DNA of 63,186 bases, the filler included, from Asterionella formosa (taxonomy: Eukaryota), in assembly GCA_002256025.1 (NCBI GenBank). It is 4 parts of 4 records of this genome, joined end to end, with 100 filler letters (N's around TTAATTAATTAA, not from the genome) between each part and the next. Parts side by side here need not be neighbours in the genome. Positions count along the whole stretch, not along the records: positions 15,845 to 31,583 come from NKIB01005290.1; positions 31,684 to 47,386 come from NKIB01005301.1; 2 more parts are not named here. One strand, written 5' to 3'. Made by a program: the position numbers and the translations under genes. Below the pieces are notes generated by a model. That model was not told where the DNA came from. It did not search any database and saw nothing but the letters and a program-made list of their open reading frames with translations. How positions within the stretch are numbered: position 1 is the first letter of the stretch; each line of letters opens with the position of its first letter. Positions 25,502-39,110 of this stretch are shown here, piece after piece.

Positions 25502-27022
25502 TAATGCTCGCTAGTAGCAGCTAGCAATGGAAGACTTAATCAAACTATGGACAATACTTAAATTTCATGGGGAAGCAGACAATCAAATGAATATTAGTAT
25601 TTATTCGGAGGATGAACCGAAATGAATATGACTTTTCTTCCTTGCGTTTGGTGACAAAAGCTTTGCATGGTGTGTGCACGTGACGCCTGATAAGTTCAAA
25701 TTTTGACGATTATTACCGTCGTCGACAGTTGCTCGTTTGTGGAAGAAGGGACAGTATCCACCATAATAGGCTACCAGTAGACAGTTACTACATGAATACC
25801 ATTATTGCCTTTTACTTCCTTTGATTACTGCCAGTGTGAACGAGGTACTATTTTTTATTCCTTTGCTGGACCTCCATGATCAATCAAGGTGGTATGGTGC
25901 ATTACTTCCAGTTTCTGTTACCCTTATGCAAGCATGTATTACATCAGCAGACATCTACTGGACACTTACGCTGATTTTCGTAGAAAAATTCGGACAGTAG
26001 GCCAGTGTTTTGACCAAAATTTTAACTTCAGTTCATTCCCAGTTTATAGTTTAAAAAATCAATGATATGGGTTTTGCCAGGACCAAATGGGTGATATTCT
26101 GAAGTGGTACTCTGTTTTGGCTGCATTTCAGCATTGCTTGCAGTAGAGTTGGACTTGCTGACTCACCATGCGATTTGCTGTATCACTGGAGCGAATGATG
26201 CCATTATTCTGTATAGAGTATTGAGCACAGAAGGAAACACAATACTACACTTCCTTGGGCAACCTTATTTTTACCCCAGAATATTAAGTGGTTGTTTGTA
26301 GATGGGACATGTTGATGACAATTGGAAAAGCTCCTTGGGATCATGGATTTGTACTATTTAAGGAACATCGGTTCATAGGGCCTGATGAGATGGCATCAAA
26401 CTTTGTCCAATTTAGAAATTTGGTAACCATCAGCACATAAACACCACCAGCCCCAGTCAGCTTAGGTAGATTGTAGACATTGGTGTCTCATCCTTTTCAA
26501 GAAAGAAAAGCATTTGTCAATGAGCATGCTAGAGTCATACTGTAGTAAAGAGGAGAAGTGCATGATTTGTATAAAGTTACTACTAGTAAGTCCATTTGAG
26601 TTTATTGCTGTTCCATTGTTATGGAAACTGTAGATAATTGAGGAATAGTAACTTAAATGAAGGCTTGTAGATTATATGTTTCGGAATAAAGTGAGCTAAA
26701 TGTTAAATGATAAAAGTAGAAGCTAGGAGTTGTCGACAGTTAACAACAGTCAAGTTGGAGAGACAGGAAATTATTAATAGTGGAGTTACCACGATGGACA
26801 TGACTGTTGTGGGACCGGGCTTTGTTAATAGGGGAGTAACCAAAATGGACAGGACTGTTGTGGGACAGGAAACTAGTAATAGAAGAGAAACAACAGTCCT
26901 GGCAGGACAGTTAAGAGACAGGAAGTTAGTAGTAGTGGTGGAGTATCCACAATGGGCAGGTTGGCCAGTGACTAGAAAAGTCATGTTGGGAACCAAAATT
27001 CTGGAGAGGTATAAGTTGGTAT

Positions 27023-27801
27023 TTAAGGTTGCGGCCCTCGGCTTAACCCTAGTTTGGAGAAAACGTCGCTAGGGTTGTAAAAACGGCAGGGAACAAGGAG
27101 TTTTCTACTATGAATTCCTAAACAAAAATGATATTTAAACGTCAAAACTTTATTATGCCTCACCTGAGTAACGGTGTACCAGGGTACCTGATACCAGCAT
27201 TACATAATCTTGGTTAATGATATGATGAAACTACCGGTAGTACCAGGTACTTATTTTGCCTACCAGGTACCGGTGCGCAGAGCATCTAATACATGGTGTG
27301 GTTCAAGTATGGCTGGCGAAATTTTACAAGACCGGGATACTTCAGCCGATCTGGAGCAGGTAAGTAAATTCAATTGCTTCAACCAATCAGAATATGTGTT
27401 GTGACGCGGGAACTTGCCCTGGAGTCTTTTCGGACAGAGAATTATTCAGCAAAACATACCTACGCAAGACTCTAAGTCTACTAGAACGTTTTTGCACGTA
27501 CTAATTCCGATTCCAATATTTTGGCGACTGTTGCAAAAGCCGATCGGGTCGACTTTTTGGAAGAGGATTGATCTACATCTACCGGTACGGGGTTTCATGA
27601 AGAATGAAATAGATAGCATATCCCTAAGTCGAGCAATGACAGTAACCAAGCATATGCAAAGTGGTGGTCGTAATTGTGAAAGCTAATTTTACCTTTAACT
27701 ATTTTATTTCTTGTACGTGATGTGTGGATTGACGTACATCATAAAGATATTTTGGGAAAAAACGGACCTCGCAATTTGTATCTGCGGGGCCGCAACCTTG
27801 A
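27023..27801. mobile_element. About 0.78-kb TIR module, Kolobok-like ends
   Basis: TTAA-GGTTGCGGCCC (27023-27037) ... GGGCCGCAACC-TTGA (27787-27801): perfect 11-bp inverted repeat flanked by TTAA/TTGA. Confidence 0.45.
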
Positions 27802-28247
27802 GGTTCCTGCATTTGAAGCCGNNNNNNNNNNNNNNNNNNNNNNNNNNNNNNNNNNNNNNNNNNNNNNNNNNNNNNNNNNNNNNNNNNNNNNNNNNNNNNN
27901 NNNNNNNNNNNNNNNNNNNNNNNNNNNNNNNNNNNNNNNNNNNNNNNNNNNNNNNNNNNNNNNNNNNNNNNNNNNNNTGCCGAAATTCCCTGGAACTTAG
28001 AATCGTATGAGTTAATTTTGAATGACGTGATTGCATTTGAAATATTTAAATCACTGAAAATTTGCGAGTAGCTACATACATAGATTCCTTTTCGAATTCA
28101 ATAAATATATACATAAACATTCTCCATCGCTCCATGCATGTTTATATACCCTATCATACAATCCACTTATATGTGTCGGACGAGCTGGCAGCATGGCAAA
28201 TATTGATGATGACTACTGGTAAGAAACAAAAAAAGCAACAATCAACC

Positions 28248-28541
28248 ATGAGCGAAATTACACATCACAATGATAGTAACGGTAATGACAAATTTAACTA
28301 CAGTCATGATTGTTGTCCTACCTGCCAAGACTGGTTGATCGTAGAGTCGTAGTATGTGGAGGGATGTGAGGATTGCATCTTCTGCGAATGCTGCGATTTT
28401 TGCTGCCCTGAATGTCAGTGCCGATGGGATGAAGTCGACGAGTTGGTGGAGAAGTTTCTGGGAGGTGAATCCATTCTTACCAGGTTGAAAGATGAAGACA
28501 TTACACATCAAGAGCCCGCAATCTTCTGTACAAGTTTCTAA
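28248..28541 (+). pseudogene. Cys-rich ORF interrupted by one stop, upstream of the transposase
   Basis: ATG 28248 ...HDCCPTCQDWLIVES*YVEGCEDCIFCECCDFCCPECQCRW... stays in one frame across TAG 28350-28352. Confidence 0.35.
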
Positions 28542-28968
28542 TCCGAGTTTTCTGTGGTCCATTGGGAAAAAGTGTTCAGATGCAACTTCTTGACTGTTGT
28601 TTGAAGGGGGTTCGATCTCTTTTGAAGAACAAAGACCCAAACGAAGTGTACACTGGTTTCAAACAAGCTTCCAAATGTTCTAAATTTTCTAAATCTAGTA
28701 TTAGTGATAAGTTTTTTCACGATTTTCATTTATTTCATTAGTAAATCAAGAACTTCAATCAACCTACGTACGATGTTTCAAAACCTTCTAGAAGTCTGGT
28801 GGCATGAATATTTTTACACAATCTAACGAATCAGCCAGCCATAAAAAACAGCAGCACCAACTATTATAAGACAAAATCATGCCATGTTCCAGTGGTAGCC
28901 GTCTAATTTCCGAAATTGTTGTTGTTGGTCAAGGAGGATGAAATATAGCGGCCGATGAAAATCAAAAT

Positions 28969-30557
28969 TTGTGGACCTCTAAGATGCCTTTTTGTCCCCC
29001 TACATTAACCACTTCACCAATTGAATTTTCTATCATCAAAAAAATTATTTTGGGTTGTCACAAACCAAGAATGGGACCGGCAGATGCAGATATCATCTGC
29101 TCCGCAATGAATCCTCTTCCACTTAGTACCTTTGGATTTTGGTCTACGCAAGGTAACTTCGGTGCAGTAGAGGAACTGGTAGGAAATGCTGAAGTTACTG
29201 CAACAGCTCTTGCAATGAAAGTGGAGGTGTGTCAGGAGGGAATATATCTGACACTCAATGTGCATGAATGAGGAGACTGGGCTGACACAGGACGTGATTT
29301 TCAGTGGTGGAACAGTCTGACTGATACAGATTGCTTGTCTGTACTGAATATGCCTCGACTCACTGTTAGTTACGATATGGGCTGGTAGCAGCGGTTCAGC
29401 GGGAATAAGTGCAACTCTGTAAGTGGACATGCTTTTTGTTTTGGCGGCTACACGAAAAAGATACCAGACTACAGAGTGAAATCTAAGGTCTGTAATGTGT
29501 GCGACAGGCTATACGGTACAAGAAACCAATCAAGGAACATTTTTGTCCCAAGAATCATGTAACTGGTAGTTCGAAAGCAATGGAACCAGTTGCTGGTGTG
29601 GAAATGATGATTGATGCAGTCATAAAAAACAATGTTATCTACTCTACAATCACCTGTGATGATGATTCTATTATTCGAGCTGTTTCTAAGTGGTCCTATA
29701 AGGATTTATTGAAACTACAGCCATCCTTCCAATGGCCAAGAACATTGAAAGGATTGAAAAAATCGGACAAAGGATGCCTTCCACTGACTGTACCCGAACC
29801 TACATTTCTGTCTGACCCATCCCACAGAGTAAAATTGTATGAATGGTTAATGCTGCATGTTGCAACGAAAGTCGAAGACGAAAAGCTGCTATCTTTGCAT
29901 CATCCCTTTGACATGCAAATTAATGAGGCAATGAACAATGCAGTGTCGCGACGATGTCCAAGAAACAAAGTGTTTGCGTGATCTGGAGGCCTTCAATATC
30001 GAGTGGCTTCGGTTGCTGGGCAACACACACAAGGAGCAACACAATACACAAGGAATGTATACAAGCAATGTGTAATGCAGATGTCAGCACTGCAAGAATC
30101 CTTCTGGAGACAAAAAGAAAAGCAACGAAGTGACGATGGAGCCAATAAAGCACAATTCAAACAAAAGAGGAAACGAAGTGAAAAAATACATGCAGCACAA
30201 TTTGAAACAGTAAAACAGGAAAGACAAGACAACAAATCAGGGACTAAGACTTACGGTTTTGGCGTTGCGCTCAGAAGGGAACATCAGGAAACAAGAAGGA
30301 AAGGAAAAAAAGTCTGCAATCATTGTGGCCGCAATGATCATCAAAGGAAAAGCAGTGCACTCTGTCCATTCAATGTACTGGTATGCAAAGGCGCGCCTGA
30401 TCATACTGAAATACGTATGATCAATGATTATCAGCTACCCATGGTGGATATTGTACTGGCCAACACCCAAGAAAATGTTACATGTGCATCCAGTGTGGCC
30501 AGCTTGGGTTTGCAAGACTGCGCAAACCAGACCAATCAATTGTTGGTAAGCAATTGA
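28969..30557 (+). pseudogene. Decayed DDE transposase, 'Mutator-like' PF20700-type
   Basis: Through stops and frameshifts: LTVSYDMGW*QRFSGNKCNSVSGH, KSKVCNVC, HFCPKNHVTGSSKAME, TITCDDDS, FLSDPSHRVK, QINEAMNN, and C-terminal CNHCGRNDH..C. Confidence 0.85.
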
Positions 30558-30826
30558 ACTTGACCAATCAAAATATTTGTAGGGAAGCGTGCACTTACAA
30601 TGGAATTTGTTGTACAGGCGATTGTAGGACGAAAAATTGAATCACAAGACTCCTATTCCGATGATGACATATCGGCGATTAGTGATTCTGATTCCGACTT
30701 TTGGTGACCATTGAAAAGGCCGATATTGTCGAATTTTTGAATGATGATAGCTCAACGTTGGCAGGGTTTGAAGAAGAGTTTAGTACATAGGTAATCTTCA
30801 TATAGCCCCAGAAGTTAACTTTCGGC

Positions 30827-30945
30827 GAGAAACTGCAGAAAGGAACTTCCCCTTTTTTTTACTAGGCCAAATACGCGAGTTGGCCCGGTAAAATCCATTG
30901 TTTTCAGCATAGTTAAAAATCCGAAGTTCCTTTCTGCAGTTTCTC
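30827..30945. repeat. Perfect 23-bp inverted repeat, 73-bp spacer
   Basis: GAGAAACTGCAGAAAGGAACTTC (30827-30849) and GAAGTTCCTTTCTGCAGTTTCTC (30923-30945); a related motif occurs at about 13514-13545. Confidence 0.85.
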
Positions 30946-32559
30946 ACCAGATCCTATATCCTGACGATGTGTAGCGTTGACCTATACCCCTACTTTGATA
31001 AATGACTGTATTTAAGCATATGGAAAGGGTGTGTATTGGTGAAAGCTCCGTTGAGCGTTATACATATTTGATTAATATATGGAGAGTACGTGTTTGATTA
31101 GTCTGACTCAATATAATTTTATTAACCCTACCTCGAGGGGTTCAAATGCAGTAACCCTAACTGGCTGTGTGCAACTCATCTTTACCACATTACCGCTTGA
31201 CTACCGGTATAGTCCTGGTATTACTTTTGATGCCATGTATCTGGTACATTTTCTGTGCGATGATATTGGACGGTAACGATGCTTTTTAGTAGGCACCGCT
31301 ATTCTTCTTTGTACAAGCAAGCAGGAATGCACTGACATTGAGCAAGTCCCCAGTACATACCTACCGGTATGTATGCTGGTACCTAGACTATCAACAATTT
31401 AGAGTACTGGTACCTGGTTCCAGGGTACCAGTACCAGGAACCAGTAAAATAATGTAATAAATATAATGATGTACCGGTATAGTAATTCATACCGGTACAT
31501 AAGACATTCAAAAAAATTCCAAACAATGGAAATAACATTTGGTATGTTTTATTGTGTCAGGTACCGGTCGTCTTTCGTATAACNNNNNNNNNNNNNNNNN
31601 NNNNNNNNNNNNNNNNNNNNNNNNNNNTTAATTAATTAANNNNNNNNNNNNNNNNNNNNNNNNNNNNNNNNNNNNNNNNNNNNTTATGACTTTTCTGCGT
31701 CATCGCAAATCGTTGCAGCGCTGGTGACCTGCACGTGTATGTTGCGCAAGTTGTCTGCTCGAATAAGGGAGTGTGAGAATATTCGAAGTTCCTACGGGTG
31801 AATAGTCTTACGATCCCGGTATGAAAGTATCTGATGGGTTTCCGGGTTTGTTTTCGGTTATTGTTGGATTCGATTTGTAACTTGCTTCAGGTGCCGATGC
31901 CGTTTCCATCAAAGCTGCTGGGTCCTCCTTGACGATGTTTGGTGGCGATCTCAGTATCGATTTGAGAGGTGGTATGGGCGATGTTCCAGGTGTCATTCAT
32001 GTATATTCGAATGTTCCCGGTCTTCTCTTGTTGCCGTTTTGTGAGCGATCCAACTGATGGTTGATGAGTTGCCTTTTGTGGAAATGACGATACTATCTCA
32101 TATAACTAAAATAGATTCGTTCGATATTGATCCTGTCTTATTGGTTATTAAACTACGTTTATTTGTATTTGATATTCGGTGGTTTCCCTCAATATATTAC
32201 CTTTCCGGCCTTTTTACTTTAAAGTAAATTCATATATTACCTTGCCGGTGTTCCATTCCACGATTTACAGCATGATACCGGTACAGTAGTTGTCTCAAAT
32301 GCATAAAAAGTAAATGCTCGACCCTGGACCACTGCCACATTGCTTTGTTCACCATGATCATGGTTCATCCTCTCATTTTCCCCAACGAAGACACAAGTGA
32401 TTCTCGTAATGAGGACGCTCAGAAACAGCGGCGATGACCCTCAGTCCAGTCGGGTATGTTGATGTGTCAGATTGCTTGGGTGTGGCATTTTATAGCAAAA
32501 TAGACGTCAAGTATTGTGGCAGTGAGAACAAGATGATTGGAGATTTCATTGGTGATGAA

Positions 32560-32860
32560 CCTTTGCATAAGATCAGTGAACAGGTGCCTGAAGATACCAA
32601 TAATGACAACGGCGGCGATGTTGAGATTTGTGGCGCTACTGTACAACTGAAAGATCCCAATGGTACAGTTGTCATGCCAACCATGACTGACTGACGGCAA
32701 TGGTAACTTCACGTTGAATGCTTCTCCAGGCATGTACCGGTACAGAATTGTCAAACAGACACTTCCTGGATTCATCAATGTTGGCAGCAGCACAATTTCT
32801 GTAACTACAAGTGCTGCAAATGTTTTGAACATTTGCTTCGATGACCAGCACCCCATCAGT
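32560..32860 (+). pseudogene. SdrD-B/Cna-B-like repeat fragment (surface/secreted protein relic)
   Basis: ISEQVPEDTNNDNGGDVEICGATVQLKDPNGTVVMPTMTD/GNGNFTLNASPGMYRYRIVKQTLPGF, with a frameshift/stop. Confidence 0.55.
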
Positions 32861-34789
32861 GCTCCAAGTGTGAGTGGCTACCTCTCCAGTTACTTTTTGC
32901 TAAACAGGAGAGGTAATGGATAATATTGAAGTTATACCAATCAAGAAAGTTCCAAATTGATGCACTCAAATGAAGCTGATAATCCCTCCATTGAAGCCTT
33001 AAATCAACCTCAATCAGAATCAACAATTTTGGATAATATGGAGCAAGAGCAGGCTTGTCCAAACATTGATTATTGGAAGTCAATTGCTAGAACAATGGTA
33101 GACCACACAACGTTTCCTTGCTCTGCCAGCCCTGATATTCATGTGCTTATGTACTTACTTAGCGACCGGAATCATCCCAACAAATTTGGTAATTTTGGGT
33201 GCTGGTGCGCAGGGATCAGTATGGGTTTTAATGGTCTGTATCATGATGGTACAACAGGAACCAGTCTTTTTAATTCATCAGCCGCACTACCAAACCCCTA
33301 CTAGGGACTACATGAAACAGAAAGATAGGTGGAGCATGTAGGAATTGAACCCACTACTTATGAAGGCGTGCTAACCACAAACAATCCCACCTGGATTTCA
33401 TCATAGTGACAATGATGAAATCCCTATGGTAGAATATTATGCGGACAACTTTGATCCCGCCCTCACCAGATTTTCCAATAGGAGGCAAAATAATTATTTT
33501 ACGATTGTATTATCTATGTCTCTTAGGTCGTATTTAATACATGTAACAATTAAAGCAAAGTGTCATTCTCATTTTCCATGGAGATATTTATTATTTTCGT
33601 CATCATGGTCAAGTCTGAGAAGACATGATGCATTATTCTACAGCCTCTCACAACAACTGCACAGTAAGTGTTTTATTTATTAAGACAAATCACAACATTT
33701 AGGCTAAATAATTATTTACTTGCATCTACAAGGGCTACTTTGGAAACAATGATCATATTATATATCGTAGCCATACCAGTACCACCGGTAAAAAGTGATA
33801 TGTGGCTGATGTGTATGATATTGCAAACATAGCAGTACTGGTACTCTGGTAGGCTATTGCATCAAGCATGATAATGACTGTGACCATGCTGCATATACCG
33901 GTAGATGTATCATGTTCACACCATTGGCAAGGCTATCAGGATATATGTTGTGTATGTATGTATGTATGTATCTATCTATGTATGCATACATATATATATA
34001 TATCTAGTATGTATGTTTATGTTTAGGCATGTTTATGAATGTACATCATAGGCTTTATTAGGGTAATTCAGAAAAGCTACCGGTATGCATTTGTATTCAC
34101 AAGCAAGTTCTACCGGTAGTCGTAGTCAGGACTATCTAGATGCAATCAGCAAATTTTCGTCATTATCAGCAAAAACACTATTCATTGTTGTCAACAATTT
34201 ATAAATGTAGAAAGAGATGATTCCTATTTGTATTCCAAAGTTAAAGACGGTTTGCTTGTTGAACCAGTTGATCAGGCAGCAAAGCCGAGTTGTGTTCAGA
34301 GACTGATTCTGCAAATTGTCATTGGTTCAATAAGACTGACGTTTTTTCTTAAAATACTTAGAGAATATTATTTCCATCCTCGAAAGCTGGCCTATCTCAT
34401 CCAGCATGCATGGGATGAATCATTGAGAGTGAGTCGAAACTGAGAAGGTGCACACAAAACATGCGCTACCAGACCTCCCATTAGTAAGGAGTGGTAGCTA
34501 CCGATAGGAAGCTTTTAACATATACTATGTGTATGCCGGTAATGCAGAGGGGTCCTGGAAGATTATTCGACACCGCACTGCAGATTGGAGGAATTACATA
34601 GAAGTCTGGAAAAGACAATATTCTTGGGACAATCTATGGGTCTATGGGTGACAAGATAAATTTTGAATGATTGTATACAATTACTGAATGTATACCTATG
34701 TTACCATCATCTGGAAACTGAAGCTATTATTATTTGACAGTTATTTCAAAACCATAATCAAGACAAGATACTATTGTTTCACAGATAAA

Positions 34790-37390
34790 ATTTAAAGTAC
34801 ATTTAAACTAACTAAAAATTGTACTTGTGCCGGTGTCGACACCCCGACTAATTCACCTCTGTTTCTTTCGAACTCAGGGTCTTCTGCCATGATTGCGTTG
34901 CCATAAAGGGGCGAGGACGAGGCGGGGTCATGCACCCCCAATTCCATTTTCTCGTGGTGTAGTGGTACGATACCATGCATTGACCGCGGAGTCGACTGAT
35001 TCCACCCATTGGCGTTTTTGGTGTAAGATGTGGCGCTTGATTCGCACCTCTGCTGGGAGAAGAAAAAAGGCTTTATCTTCAGCATGAACCTTTCCTTCTT
35101 GGTCCCTTTCGTATCTTGCAAGAATCTTTTCATCGACCTCTTTCATCAAATTTGCCAATTGTTCTTCTTCAGTCTTGCAATATAATTCCTCGTTCCGATG
35201 TATCCAGCAGTCGGTTCCTATCTGCCATAATTCTCTAATAACACTTTCGCTCCAACTGCCTGTCAGTTGGGGCTGTGGTTCTCCCAGACCTCTTTCATTA
35301 TGATACTCCCTTGTGGCCCTGTTCCAATTTTACTGATTCTTCCATGGAAGGCTTGATCCCATCCTATGTCAATTTGGTTCACAAAGGCCTCAAACGTAAG
35401 CCTCCTCACTTTGTCCATGGGTATTGGTCCGACCCATCGTGCCTGTTCATTGTTAAGCCACTGATCAATACCTATCTTGAATTTTTGTGCTGTATAGTAT
35501 GGGCAAGAGGATGTTCTCTTGAGACACAACTCATTAAACTGCTGCATCAACTTATTCCTGTAGGGTATTGCTTGCTGGCATCGAAGGATATGGTTAAAAT
35601 CTTCTTTTAAGCGTTTACAGCGGAAGCACTGATTGTCCACTGTCCTATCGTATTTGCTGCGATGTTTAAAGGTCGCCAAGAGTTCAAATTCCAGTTTTAA
35701 TATTGTCATCTTCTTGGATCCCCTTAAGTTTTTGCAAGCATGCCATGTCAAACACAAAATGGGTATCCTGCGAGTTTCATGATATGCTTTTTCATTTCTT
35801 CTTGGTACATCGCATTACGGACTACCGTAGGTAAGTGAGAGGTAATGTATGCAGTTCCAATTTGTAAGGTGGCTTTGTGGCCGGGTGGTAGAGTTTAGGG
35901 TCTGGAGACCCCCTTGCATGTTGTGAATCTTCTTACCTGAGCTGCTTGAAGATCACAGTCGACATTCAGTTTGGCCTGCCAAGGTAATAAGTCATATGGG
36001 CAGTCGTCGTCTTGATGGGCCTTGACGTGATGTGGTACCAAATTAATCTGTAGCTCATCTGCTAGTTTCATTGTTACTTGAAAAAGGTCGTAGTCCGTGA
36101 GAAGCGTACTGGAGGGGCCGCCATGTCTCCATTGATTTATCCAGGAGATAAGCGCAGAGTTATCCATACAAACATCAAGGGTAATTTGTGACAAGCAAAT
36201 CGTAGTGGGGTCTAGTTGTAAAACATGTGAGATGGCTGCCATGCCGCGCGCCTAAAAGTCCCCCATCTCGGGTCGTAGTGATGGCATTTTTTGGCCCCCG
36301 CTTGTGACCCACCAATGCCCACAAGCCAGTGTTTTTGATCGGCGATCATATAACTTCCAACCATGCGAGGCACTCTCCGGGTTGGCAATTAAGGAGCCAT
36401 CAGAGGCCAAGACTGCATGGCCAGAAACTAGGTTTTCCCTGACGAGAGCCAGGTCCCTGGGAAGAACAAAGTCCCCCATCGCCTGTTCCAGGAAAGATTT
36501 GGAAGTGTTTGAGGATTGTTGAGTTTGTGATAGCAGCCCTTGTTTTAATCCACAATATTGTCCAAAGGTTCGAGGAGCTCCGCCTGTCTGGGGATATCCT
36601 GTTATCTCATAATACTTGGTTGAAGTTTTATGAATTGAAACTGGAATTAAGTGTTGAGGTTGTTTAAAAGTCACATTATATGTACGAGAGTAAACTTGTG
36701 CTGAGTGGCATTGTTGATGAACCAAAAAGATACCTTACTCTGTTTGTCGGATTAAATCCATAGTTGTCCCATCCAAATGGAACCGCCATTTTTGATGCTT
36801 ACAGGCTTGTTGGGTTAGCCAGGATCCCAACGGTTTTCGAAGTGTATACATTGCACTTGATGTACATAGGCATCTTAAAAGCATCTTCTTCCATAGCCTC
36901 CATGCTAAGGGGGAAGGGCGATCCTGCTTAGTCAATTCCAACGTGCTAGTTCTATCAGGACAACGCCGTCCCTGGAGATAGTCCACAATGATCTTGGTGC
37001 CAGAGCCATCTGTTAGGTCTGCTACAGTTATTACCTGTAGGAACAAGCGACATGCATTCAGTCGCTTTAACTCTTTGGGCTGCAGATTTAGATGTTTGCT
37101 GTGGAAAATGTCCATAATGCACTTGTCATTTGTCCGTTGTGGTTATAGTTCCCAGGCATCCTCTATGTGGATTGTTGCCTTTATGTAGTTGGTGAAATTC
37201 CACAAGGATGTCAGCCAATTTGGTTCAATGTATTTCAGGGGATAATCTATATTGGAAAGGAAAGAATTTCCGGAAACACCCATCTGAAGTTGCACTTTTT
37301 CAAGTAAGATGTGCATGAGCTGAGCAAGCTCGTTGTCATGATGGAGTTGCCCCAAGAACATTTGAAGTTGTGCAATACCTTGGTCGGTAT
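34790..37390 (-). mobile_element. Non-LTR retrotransposon (RT + RNase H, Ambal-like), 3' part, decayed
   Basis: LNACRLFLQVITVADLTDGSG, RNase H motifs VLASDGSL / SLRPEMG / CMDNSALI / HVKAHQDD, and a C-terminal CFRCKRLKEDFNHILRC zinc knuckle, in several broken frames. Confidence 0.85.
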
Positions 37391-38159
37391 CGTCTGCAAA
37401 TAAAAACCATCATATTTCCATGATGCATCATAGAATTATGATCATCTGATCATAAATTTTCGTTATATCATCTAATAATTTTGATAAACGCCCTCATAAT
37501 TTAAATAGTAACCCTTGTGACTATGGAAATTTAATTATTATATGTATTGTTTCTTTTAGGTTCCTTTATTTAAATTTCTTGGTAGGATAATGTACCAGTT
37601 AGAGTAATGTGATTTGGCTCATCATCCTCACCAGCAGTCCTCACTCTGATTCTTGCAACAATGACAAACCAGCCTTGTCAAAAGGAACGGGTGTTTGTGA
37701 TAAAATCTTCATTTGTCGTTCAAGTCATCATATGTCTTCGATGAATTATCATCTACATTGCACAGTATGTTTGTACTATGCAATCCGTTAAGAGCTTGAA
37801 AAGAAATCCAATGAAAACGAAATGGCTCATCACATAAGACGAATATTTCCGGCCGGTCTGTCACCAGAGCATCAATCAGTGTTACAACCTCAATCATAGC
37901 TAAACAACATCCATTATAGAATAGCCCAATCTACTTCTCCGTAACATCGTCTCTCTAACAAGAACGTAATACATCTAGAATTGTACTAATGCAGCATAGC
38001 AGGCGCCAATATGCACAAAGAAGCATGCGACTGTCTATTTATAGTAACAGAGTGATTCTGGTTTCGTAATTTTCATGTCTCATTAGATTTTCTTTGTCAT
38101 CGTACTAGTTCCTTACCTTTAAAAACAGGAGCGTATTCTTTGATGTATCTGGAATATTT

Positions 38160-39110
38160 CAATGGATGGCAGCAGTTGGATTTAGACACAAACCTCGACA
38201 AAAGCACTAGTACTTTGTAGATGTTCATGAAAAGCGAGACACTTTGGCCTATCGAACACCAGCCAGTCTATACTGCAAAAATGCAAGAAGAGCAAGCACA
38301 AGTTGAATGCCCATTTATGGATTCAAGTTTCAGTAGTGCAACAATGTAAAATATTAGAAACCGGAAGTCACATTTCATCTAATTACGGTTTTCATTAGCT
38401 ATACTAGCTAGTATTGATTGAGAGGAAGAAATGGTAGAATGGCTGCCAAACGGGTGGGGGCAAACACAGAGAATCCTACTAAGTTTTCTCCCCAATGATC
38501 CCAGACCCTTTTTGAATGTCACTTGCTACAGAAAATGGAGAACAGCCACCATGATCTGTTGATTGTTGCTGTGTGGTCGTGCCACTGACCAAAACCTCCA
38601 GAAATCTCAATGAGTTGCTTGTTTCTTGACTTGAATGCAAAAGAGATCGAAACCAGTGGAAAAATCAAACTAAAAATGCTCTAGAAACATCAGGACAATT
38701 GTGAAAGAGAAATGAAGGTTCTTGGGAGGAGAAGTAAAGGGATAATTGCTTCTGGTCTTCCGGGAACAAGAATAGATTGACCCAACAAACAATGTTGACA
38801 AATAGGTACCTACCGGAAAAGGAAGCAATGCTTTCGACATCATCAATCTAGCTATACACAAGCCTGCGCCACCTGATGTCGTCAATATAGCTACCTCGAC
38901 TTCATCAATGAAGAAGTCAATGGGTGGAGCATGTGAGGAAAATCGGGGTTGAGGTTTTCTTGACGCCAACATGGACCTGCTTGGCTGAACTCCTTGCAGA
39001 TGAAGGCATTGAGTAACCTGGGCCTGTGAAGCCAAAGGATAAAGAAAAATCTATGACAAGGGTACGTGGTGAGATAGTGTTTAGGAGGGGGGAGCAAAAG
39101 TTATCATAGC
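38160..39110 (+). pseudogene. Internally deleted IS630/Tc1-like transposase relic of the CGTCTG family
   Basis: WMAAVGFRHKPRQKH*YFVDVHEK..LAYR, HLWIQVS, and LTPT..CLAELLADEGIE*.W (compare the TPKxHxExAGEGIEYxW catalytic-E region). Confidence 0.6.

Noticed and set aside
26703..27072. ORFs with internal TVVG repeats
   Set aside because: Short decayed tandem repeat that runs into a TE end; no recognisable product.
32957..33500. Coding-like fragments after the SdrD-B relic
   Set aside because: Multiple stops and no family could be recognised.
37388..37390. Alternative TA target duplication with TCGTCTG...CAGACGA ends
   Set aside because: It would leave the host LINE frameshifted, and the other copies do not end in A or have TA flanks.
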